From: a virus
IMG/VR virus record: IMGVR_UViG_3300000553_000014
Coordinates: 24,303-88,302 of that record
Reading direction: 5' to 3' (one strand)
Length of the DNA: 64,000 nucleotides
The position numbers and the translations under genes were made by a program. The notes beneath the pieces were generated by a model. It was given only the letters and a program-made list of their open reading frames with translations, searched no databases and had not been told where the DNA came from. This document shows positions 57,048 through 64,000 of the stretch, piece after piece. Positions within the stretch are counted from its first letter, which is position 1; each line of letters opens with the position of its first letter.

Positions 57048-58229
57048 TTATATCATTATTATTGTTTGTATCATTGAATTTAATTCTTGTTCATCAGGTT
57101 TAGTATATTCAATTGAATATCCAATTACTATTTTTTTGCCTGAATGTTCAGTATCTAATCTAAATTGTTTATCTCCAGTTTCAGGTAAATAACAATCAAA
57201 TCCAACAATCGAAAACGGAGTTACTTCGAACATTAAATTTTTTAATGTTATTGTAATTATATTTCCACCTAATGATTTATTTACTATATTACTATAAAAA
57301 GGAAATTTATGCTTTTCAAAACCAGAAAATGTATTAGAACCTATTTCTCCAAATCCAACATTTGGGTCAGATTTTAAAATTTTTTCAATTTTTGATTGAA
57401 TACTAACATTATAAATTGAAGCATTTTCTAAAAACATTTTAGAAAAATTTGTATTTAATGTATAAAATTCAATTGGAATTTTAAATTCATCTTCAGGTAA
57501 ATATTGTCTTGTTTTTGAACTAAATATTATATCTTGTGGGTCAATTGTTTCTCCTGTTTGTTTTAGAGTATATTTATCATAAGGTTGATTACGCATAGTT
57601 TCAATATTACCTATATGTAAAAATCCAAAAGTATCAAAAGCAAAAACATTTGTTGTATATTTTTTAATTACATCATCAACTAAAAAATTTATTTGTGGAG
57701 TTTCCGTATTTAAAACATAATCAATATCTTTATTTAAATCTTCATTATCAAAAGTATATAATCCCATATCTGTTGTTTGACAAATAGTTGTCAAAATATC
57801 AATAATTTTTTGGTCTTTATAACTTTTTTGTTCAGTATAATACATTTTAGGATTAAACCAAATACCATCTAAATGTATTATTGCATCACCAGCATCAGAA
57901 TCAATTTGTGTAATTAATCCATTAAATTTAATATACCATGATTTATAACCTATAAAAATTACGCATTTATCAATTGCTTGTTTTAAAGCCGCTCTAATTT
58001 GGAGATTAGTATCATCTAATGATAATGAAAATCGCGGAAAACTATTAATGGCGAGTTTTAATTCAAAATGAATTAACTCGCCGACATTGACCACATAATC
58101 ACCGATTTTTATTAATGGAATACTTCTACCAAATTCATTAATTACATCTGTAACTTTCTTTTCGGAAAGAATATCCATATCAATTTTTATGTCATCAACC
58201 TTTATATTTGGTTTGACAATTATTCCCAT
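57048..58229 (-). CDS. putative baseplate hub protein (gp27/late control D-like)
   Basis: Size and position after tail-tube-like and gp53-like genes. LDTEHSGKKIVIG terminal motif. Confidence 0.55.
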   Translation of the reverse strand: MGIIVKPNIKVDDIKIDMDILSEKKVTDVINEFGRSIPLIKIGDYVVNVGELIHFELKLAINSFPRFSLSLDDTNLQIRAALKQAIDKCVIFIGYKSWYIKFNGLITQIDSDAGDAIIHLDGIWFNPKMYYTEQKSYKDQKIIDILTTICQTTDMGLYTFDNEDLNKDIDYVLNTETPQINFLVDDVIKKYTTNVFAFDTFGFLHIGNIETMRNQPYDKYTLKQTGETIDPQDIIFSSKTRQYLPEDEFKIPIEFYTLNTNFSKMFLENASIYNVSIQSKIEKILKSDPNVGFGEIGSNTFSGFEKHKFPFYSNIVNKSLGGNIITITLKNLMFEVTPFSIVGFDCYLPETGDKQFRLDTEHSGKKIVIGYSIEYTKPDEQELNSMIQTIIMI

Positions 58230-58231
58230 TT

Positions 58232-58675
58232 TTAAAATGTTACGGTTCCTGATTTATCATTATATGAAACTTTTGGTAATGTTATATTAAGTTTTGGTAA
58301 TGCTGTTGTTTTTAATGATGAATTAATTTTTAATAAATTCGCTTTATTTATAATTGTATTATTTGTATCTTTTAAAATTCCTGGAATATTATCATCATCA
58401 AGTATTGTATTAATTGATAAAATAGATTCTAAACTATCAATATCTGGAATTTTAAACATCATTCCAATATTAATTTCAACTGGGTCAGTTATTTTATTAA
58501 AATTCATTATTAATGGAATTAAATCCATTCTCCCCCTATAATATCGATTAATTATAATATCAATTCTACCATAAAGATTATTATCAATTTTTATTACATC
58601 AATTAAATCAACCTGTTCAGGATTATCTAACATAAATGTATCAATACTATTTGCTAAATAAACATCTTGTAACAT
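58232..58675 (-). CDS. baseplate wedge protein (gp53/LysM-like)
   Basis: RIDIIINRYY...IMNFNKITDPVEINIGMMFKIP. Confidence 0.7.
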   Translation of the reverse strand: MLQDVYLANSIDTFMLDNPEQVDLIDVIKIDNNLYGRIDIIINRYYRGRMDLIPLIMNFNKITDPVEINIGMMFKIPDIDSLESILSINTILDDDNIPGILKDTNNTIINKANLLKINSSLKTTALPKLNITLPKVSYNDKSGTVTF

Positions 58676-58677
58676 AA

Positions 58678-59286
58678 TTAAAAATTTACTTTATTTAAAT
58701 CAAAACTTGGAATTATGAAATCAACATCCATTTCATTAAAAGTAAAGGTTGCATCAAATGTTTTAGATTCACTAAAACTTTGATTATAAGCAAATTCTAA
58801 TGCAGGTAATTCAGATGTAAAACATTTAGAAAATTTCCATCTAATCATTGGAATTTCAGCACTATCAGATAATGTTAAAGTTATTTGAAAATCTTTAATA
58901 TTTCTTGTTCGTTTATAATATGAATATAATACTTCATAACAATACATCCAATTTATTATACTATTTCTAAAAGTTATACTAACTGATGTTCCGGAAATAA
59001 TTTCATTTAATGGGGCAGTTCCTGGAAAAATTTTATTTACCGTAGTTTGTGGAAAATTTGTTAAATCTGGATTTTTACCTAAATTCATTAAAGAATTAAC
59101 AGTCATTAATGATAAATTAATCCCAGGAATATTGAGTTGTTGTATTGATTCATAAAAATGTGTTTTTATAGATTTAAATGGAGATTTTTTATAAAATAAA
59201 AAATCATCATACTTTTGAGTAAGTTCAATTGGGAAAAAATTATCATCAAAATCTATTCTAAAATTTGATAAAATTGGATTTAACAT
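58678..59286 (-). CDS. tail tube-like protein (gp19/gp3/gp54 family)
   Basis: IQQLNIPGINL, VSITF, WKFSKCFTSELPALEF and FDATFTF. Confidence 0.7.
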   Translation of the reverse strand: MLNPILSNFRIDFDDNFFPIELTQKYDDFLFYKKSPFKSIKTHFYESIQQLNIPGINLSLMTVNSLMNLGKNPDLTNFPQTTVNKIFPGTAPLNEIISGTSVSITFRNSIINWMYCYEVLYSYYKRTRNIKDFQITLTLSDSAEIPMIRWKFSKCFTSELPALEFAYNQSFSESKTFDATFTFNEMDVDFIIPSFDLNKVNF

Positions 59287-59289
59287 TTC

Positions 59290-59682
59290 TTATGAATTAT
59301 TTTCATTTGATAAAAGAGTTTCAATATAAATTGTTCTTCCTTTACCGCGTGTTATTTGTTTAAAATGTAACTTTAAATCATTAGCAATCATTGTTGTATA
59401 AAAAGAAAAAATATTTGTACTTTTTTCTGAATCATATTTATCCCATTTTTGCCATGCTTCACTAACAGCATAGTTAATACAAGCTTCTGCATCACATTTA
59501 TTTTTATAATCATAAACAGTTGCAAAATGTTTCGCAATTTTCGTGAAAATTTTTAACATTTTATTAGTTACTTTTCCAGCATCAATACAAGCAGAATATT
59601 CTGTTTGTAATTCTTCAGGTGTAACATAATAATTTTTATCAATATAAACTAAATCTTTTTGTGATACAGAAGCTTTTGACAT
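59290..59682 (-). CDS. late-transcription sigma factor (T4 gp55-like)
   Basis: YYVT..EL, KIAKHFA and WDKYDSEKSTNIFSFYTTMIAN, matching the gp55 pattern FD.EKS.NPFAYFT. Confidence 0.8.
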   Translation of the reverse strand: MSKASVSQKDLVYIDKNYYVTPEELQTEYSACIDAGKVTNKMLKIFTKIAKHFATVYDYKNKCDAEACINYAVSEAWQKWDKYDSEKSTNIFSFYTTMIANDLKLHFKQITRGKGRTIYIETLLSNENNS

Positions 59683-59684
59683 AT

Positions 59685-61070
59685 TTAAAATTCGTTAATA
59701 TAAAAGTCCAAATTTTTAATATTTTCATTAAGAAGATTATTTAAAATATTTTCTTGTTCATTAAGTTTAACCATTGCTGGTGAATTTTCTTCAGCAATTG
59801 TTTTTAATTTTTGAACTTTTAAAATATTTAAATTTATTTCTTTTTGTTCTTCATTTAATGATACAATTTTTGAATTTCTTTCAGCAAAAACTTCCGATTC
59901 AGTTATTAATTGAGATTCAAATAAATTAGAAATATCTTGATTTAAAATTTCTTTACAAGATTCCATCATATTTGCATAAGTTTTAAAACTTTTTGAACCA
60001 TTAGTTGATGCCAATATTTCAGGAGTTGATTGATTTTGAACTAAATCCAAATTTAATAAAACATAATTACTTTCATTTAAATTTTTTATAACTTGAAGAT
60101 TATCAAATTGTATTAATTTAGAATGATTTTCCATTAATGCTAAGAAATTGTCAGCATCTTGTAAAAAATTATATTTATTAAAATTATTTACTTTACCAGG
60201 AGCTGAAATATAAAGATTTACAGATTCATATAATAAATCTCTAACTTTTTCATTAGGTATTTCATTCCATGTTTCAGAATCTAATCTTTTTATTTTAGTT
60301 TTTCCATCTTTATTAAGAATCAAATTAAAATCCCAATTTTCATTTAATGAAAAAATTTCTGTTTCCGGATTATATCCACAAGAATTTATTGCAATCATTA
60401 ATTTATTATAATTATCTGGAATTGCAATACTTTCATTTAATTTTGATAATTTTTTTGATACTCTATCATAAGATAAAATATCATTTTCAAGTAATAAAAG
60501 TTTACGATTATTTTGAACATCTTCAAAAGTTATTCCAATAGGGGTATATTTTATTAATGAACCATTAAATGTTGTATTATTTTCATTCAAAGGTTTAATA
60601 ACACCTAAATCAACTTTAACTTTATTTAAAAGTTTTGATTTTAAACCATCAAATAAACCATTTCTAATACCTTGTTCAATAACTGAAGCAGGTTCATCAA
60701 AACTTGATTTAATATCTTTTATTGTTTGTTCTGGACTTGGATGAGACATTCTTTTCATTTCTTTGAAATGTTCTTCCTTACATAAATTTATTATGAAATT
60801 AAGGTCAACATTTTCCATTGATTTTTTGGTAAAATCAATAATTTCTTTCAATGTAACATCATCACCAGCAACTTTTTCTCCTTTTGTTACGAATTCTTTT
60901 AAATCCAATGCTGGAGTTATAGATTCATTTAAATTTTTATAAATGTCCTTTAAAAATTCAGTTCCGGTTAATGTTTGACATTGAGCATTTTGAATTTTTT
61001 CAAAAATTTCTCCAATTATTGCAGGATATGAATTTGGTCCAAGTAACATTTGTTTAGCATTTTGTACCAT
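59685..61070 (-). CDS. putative head/prohead protein with many LxE(S/N) motifs
   Basis: LNES x3, LNEN, LYES, LFES and related motifs. Confidence 0.55.
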   Translation of the reverse strand: MVQNAKQMLLGPNSYPAIIGEIFEKIQNAQCQTLTGTEFLKDIYKNLNESITPALDLKEFVTKGEKVAGDDVTLKEIIDFTKKSMENVDLNFIINLCKEEHFKEMKRMSHPSPEQTIKDIKSSFDEPASVIEQGIRNGLFDGLKSKLLNKVKVDLGVIKPLNENNTTFNGSLIKYTPIGITFEDVQNNRKLLLLENDILSYDRVSKKLSKLNESIAIPDNYNKLMIAINSCGYNPETEIFSLNENWDFNLILNKDGKTKIKRLDSETWNEIPNEKVRDLLYESVNLYISAPGKVNNFNKYNFLQDADNFLALMENHSKLIQFDNLQVIKNLNESNYVLLNLDLVQNQSTPEILASTNGSKSFKTYANMMESCKEILNQDISNLFESQLITESEVFAERNSKIVSLNEEQKEINLNILKVQKLKTIAEENSPAMVKLNEQENILNNLLNENIKNLDFYINEF

Positions 61071-61135
61071 AAACTTATGTTTTTAAAATATTTTTAATTT
61101 ATTAAATAAAACTTATATATTATGTTTTAATTTAA

Positions 61136-62392
61136 TTAGAAATTTAATTGTTTAACACCAAGTAAAAAATATTCAGCATCTTTATCATCAATTTTTTCTT
61201 TTGATGTTATATATCGCATTAATGGTTTTAATAAAACATTAATTAACATTCTATTCCAATCAGGTTCAGGTAAATTAGGTACTGAATTTATATTAATATC
61301 ATCAGGTACTCCAATTATTTTATAACCAGAATCTGGATTACAATAATAATAATTCATCTTTTGTCCTTCAAATGGCGGTTTATATTCTTTTGTAAAATTA
61401 TTTTTTTCAATAAAATTTAACCATGAAACTGCAATTTGCATTTGTATATGATTTTTATTTGATGAATAAATATTATCTTTTTTTATAATATCTGATAATC
61501 CACTAACTGTAGATATTTGATATATAAAATCTTTTTCTTTTCGTTGTTTTATGTAAAAAAATAATTTTAAACATTCTTGTCTAAGTTGTTCAATATTATA
61601 ATTTTCAAGTAAAAACTTTTCAACTAATTTTGTTAATATTTTTTTAGCTCTTCCAGACATTGAACCTTTTTTCAATTCAACTCCTTGAAATTTAAATTTT
61701 GGTTTATTTAAAAATTTACCATCTTTCCAAATTTGAGTTAAAATATATTTTTTCTTTTTTATGAAAATACATTTACGAGTTGTAACTTCATGATTCATTT
61801 TTAAATACCCTTTTCGAGCATTTCTATAATCACAATCATCATCAATTGTTGTTTTTATAATATTATTAAGAAATTCTTTCATTAAAAATATTACAAATTT
61901 TGATAACTCTTCATCAGATTCAGGTAATTGCATTGGACCATCTTTTGTTATCATTAAATTATAAACAACTTCTGTATCACAATATCTTGAATCAGTATCT
62001 CCATATACACAAATATCATTTATAGTATCAGGAATATATTCAGTAAATTTTCGTAATTCTATAACTTTTGGATAAAATTTTTGAATTATTTTTAATTCAT
62101 TTTCTCCCCAATTTACAAAAAAATTATTTATTGCTTTATCAACAATAACTGCAAAATGTTTACCTGTTGTTGTTATATCTTCAGCAATGTCTACATCATG
62201 TAAACTATAATATTCTGAAGCAGAAACACCATATAATGAATTTGCATCACACTTAACAACTAAATTTAAATTTTTATATTCTGCTTGTATATCTTTTGCA
62301 TCATGAAGTAAATTTTCAAGTTCTTTTAATGTATAATTTGTTAAATCTTTTGTTTTTTCAATTAAATCATCATATCTGGTTGAAAATTCCAT
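61136..62392 (-). CDS. family B DNA polymerase, C-terminal subunit (split gene)
   Basis: Motif B KCDANSLYG, ITTTGK, motif C YGDTDS, KKKY and GVE. No exonuclease domain or motif A. Confidence 0.88.
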   Translation of the reverse strand: MEFSTRYDDLIEKTKDLTNYTLKELENLLHDAKDIQAEYKNLNLVVKCDANSLYGVSASEYYSLHDVDIAEDITTTGKHFAVIVDKAINNFFVNWGENELKIIQKFYPKVIELRKFTEYIPDTINDICVYGDTDSRYCDTEVVYNLMITKDGPMQLPESDEELSKFVIFLMKEFLNNIIKTTIDDDCDYRNARKGYLKMNHEVTTRKCIFIKKKKYILTQIWKDGKFLNKPKFKFQGVELKKGSMSGRAKKILTKLVEKFLLENYNIEQLRQECLKLFFYIKQRKEKDFIYQISTVSGLSDIIKKDNIYSSNKNHIQMQIAVSWLNFIEKNNFTKEYKPPFEGQKMNYYYCNPDSGYKIIGVPDDININSVPNLPEPDWNRMLINVLLKPLMRYITSKEKIDDKDAEYFLLGVKQLNF

Positions 62393-62411
62393 ATTATAAA
62401 TTATTATTTAG

Positions 62412-62450
62412 GATTTTGGGTAAAATTAAATATTAATTTTACCCAAAATC
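62412..62450 (-). terminator. hairpin / terminator
   Basis: gattttgggtaaaattaa / ttaattttacccaaaatc. Confidence 0.6.
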
Positions 62451-62457
62451 ACATTAT

Positions 62458-63414
62458 TTAAAAATATTCTGAAACATCCAAATTATCTAAAGTTGAATCT
62501 AAATCATCAATTTTTGAATCAAGATTTAAGGAAGATTCATTTACTTTAGTTGCTAAACACCAAATTATTGCATCTGAATATTTAGCTCCTAATAAAACTT
62601 TTTCACTTAATTTATCAGTATAAAATGAAAAAGTATGATTTCCAGTTACAATAAAATCAGATTTTAACATTTTAAATTCAAAACCTTCTTTTGGAAATTT
62701 AATTTCTTTTTGTATTTCAGTACTAATTAAAAATTCAATACTAAAAACTTTATCATTAACTATGATTTTTTTATTATCAGAATCAATTTTAAAAGTTAAA
62801 AAAGATGTATTTTCTGGAGAAGATTTATGCAAATTTTTAATTAAACGTTTAACTTCTTGTATTTGATTATCTAATAAAATAAATTCAAACATTCCTTTTG
62901 TAGGTGTACATTCTTTTATTATTTGAGAATAATCTTCAATTTTGTTTGTTAATAATTCTTCAGTTGTTAAAATAAAAGATGTTATTAATGGTGAATTATT
63001 TTCAGATTTACCTGTTATAATCAAATTTGACCCATAATATTTATCATTAATTTTTCTTAAAGAAAATTCAATATCAACCATATCAGTATTATGGACACTC
63101 AAAAACTTTTTAAATAAATCTCCTCTTAAAATGTAAAAATTAAATTCAGGAAAATCATAAATATCATTTTCTGGTGTTTCATCATTTAAGTCTAATGTTA
63201 AATCATCATTTATATTATCTGGTAAAACAATCAAACTTTTCAATGGAATTGTCCATAATTTTATTAAGCTTTTTGTATTACTAAATGAACATGATTTAAT
63301 CATTTCAGTATTAAATTCAAGCATTAATTGATTATCAACAATCAAAGATTGTTCTAATAAATTTCTAAAAATATTTAATTTAAAATTAGAAATTTTAAAA
63401 CTTGTTTGTTCCAT
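62458..63414 (-). CDS. putative sliding clamp (gp45/PCNA-like)
   Basis: PCNA-like N-terminal pattern, two-domain length, adjacent to the polymerase. Confidence 0.5.
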   Translation of the reverse strand: MEQTSFKISNFKLNIFRNLLEQSLIVDNQLMLEFNTEMIKSCSFSNTKSLIKLWTIPLKSLIVLPDNINDDLTLDLNDETPENDIYDFPEFNFYILRGDLFKKFLSVHNTDMVDIEFSLRKINDKYYGSNLIITGKSENNSPLITSFILTTEELLTNKIEDYSQIIKECTPTKGMFEFILLDNQIQEVKRLIKNLHKSSPENTSFLTFKIDSDNKKIIVNDKVFSIEFLISTEIQKEIKFPKEGFEFKMLKSDFIVTGNHTFSFYTDKLSEKVLLGAKYSDAIIWCLATKVNESSLNLDSKIDDLDSTLDNLDVSEYF

Positions 63415-63462
63415 GGTTTATTTATAAATTATTATTTATTATTTAAAATTATTTAAATTTTA

Positions 63463-63999
63463 TTATTTATTCGATTCTTTAATACCAAATTCTTTTTTAC
63501 AAAGGTCAATAAATTTATGGTCAGTTTCTGATGAAATACCATAAGTAATAAAATCATTATAAAATAATTCAACTGTTTCACGTGTTATTTTTTGAAGTAA
63601 ATGTGAACCACAAGCTAAATGACGATAATGATTAACTGTTTCTAAAAGTTTTTTAATTTCTGTTAAAAATTCTGTAGTTTCTTTGGAAATTTCTTCTTCC
63701 AAATCTTCTTTGAAATCTTTTAAACCTTCTTTAATTTCTCCAAAATCTTCTTTAATTTTATCTTTAAATGATTCTTTTTGCTCAACTGATGGAATTTCTG
63801 CATCAACTGGTGGAATTTCTGCATCAACTGGAGCTGTTGTTGTTTCTTCAACTGGAGCTGTTGTTGTTTCTTCAACTGGAGCTGTTGTTGTTTCTTCAAC
63901 TGGAGCTGTTGTTGTTTCTTCAACTGGAGCTGTTGTTGTTTCTTCAACTGGAGCTGTTGTTGTTTCTTCAACTGGAGCTGTTGTTGTTTCTTCAACTGG
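63463..63999 (-). CDS. hypothetical protein with PVEETTTA repeats (5'-truncated by window edge)
   Basis: The frame of ORF 63463..63702 stays open to the window end, reading (PVEETTTA)n then PVDAEIP x2. Confidence 0.75.
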   Translation of the reverse strand, partial: PVEETTTAPVEETTTAPVEETTTAPVEETTTAPVEETTTAPVEETTTAPVEETTTAPVDAEIPPVDAEIPSVEQKESFKDKIKEDFGEIKEGLKDFKEDLEEEISKETTEFLTEIKKLLETVNHYRHLACGSHLLQKITRETVELFYNDFITYGISSETDHKFIDLCKKEFGIKESNK

Positions 64000-64000
64000 A
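63825..64000. repeat. perfect 24-bp tandem repeat, at least 7 copies
   Basis: caactggagctgttgttgtttctt repeated up to the window edge. Confidence 0.95.

Noticed and set aside
63720-63995. ORF reading (LKKQQQLQ)n
   Set aside because: It is an alternative frame of the 24-bp repeat. The PVEETTTA frame is continuous with the downstream coding region.
39370-64000. T4-type late promoters TATAAATA / TAAATAA
   Set aside because: TAAATAA-like words occur in several intergenic gaps but cannot be distinguished from background at this AT content.
1-64000. Stop-codon reassignment (genetic code 15 or 4)
   Set aside because: Core genes are full length in code 11, and TAG and TGA are used as genuine stops (e.g. 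2789, 22146, 5429).

Overview
A 64-kb segment of a very AT-rich, T4-like large (probably jumbo) tailed phage genome using the standard genetic code. The host is probably Bacteroidota, inferred from the NrdJ type, a BT0820-like HAD protein, the signal-peptide style and the absence of Shine-Dalgarno motifs. The left arm (1-39.2 kb, + strand) is a dense early/middle region. It encodes a Rad50/gp46-like ATPase, DUF4326, NADAR, a HAD hydrolase, a class II ribonucleotide reductase, a lytic transglycosylase, a deaminase-DHH fusion, an NAD-dependent ligase, a DinG-type helicase and many small ORFans. The right arm (39.4-64 kb, - strand) is the morphogenesis module: portal, prohead protease, scaffold, major capsid, gp2, gp4 and tail/baseplate genes. 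It also holds a gp55-like sigma, a split family-B DNA polymerase, a clamp-like protein and an unusual 674-aa sigma70-like factor. Four things stand out. (1) There are 19 copies of a phage-specific promoter, TGCYCA-N16-TGGATATA, with an invariant spacer; it may be read by the sigma70-like factor, which could be virion-packaged. (2) Eight 95-99-bp AT-rich units bounded by inverted CGYACCAG arms lie at 35.0-38.1 kb, most carrying an internal motif at a fixed position. (3) Two anticodon-less tRNA-like elements each end a long structured non-coding region. (4) A three-member paralog family is linked to these loci. All functional calls come from motif recognition by eye; no database searches were run.
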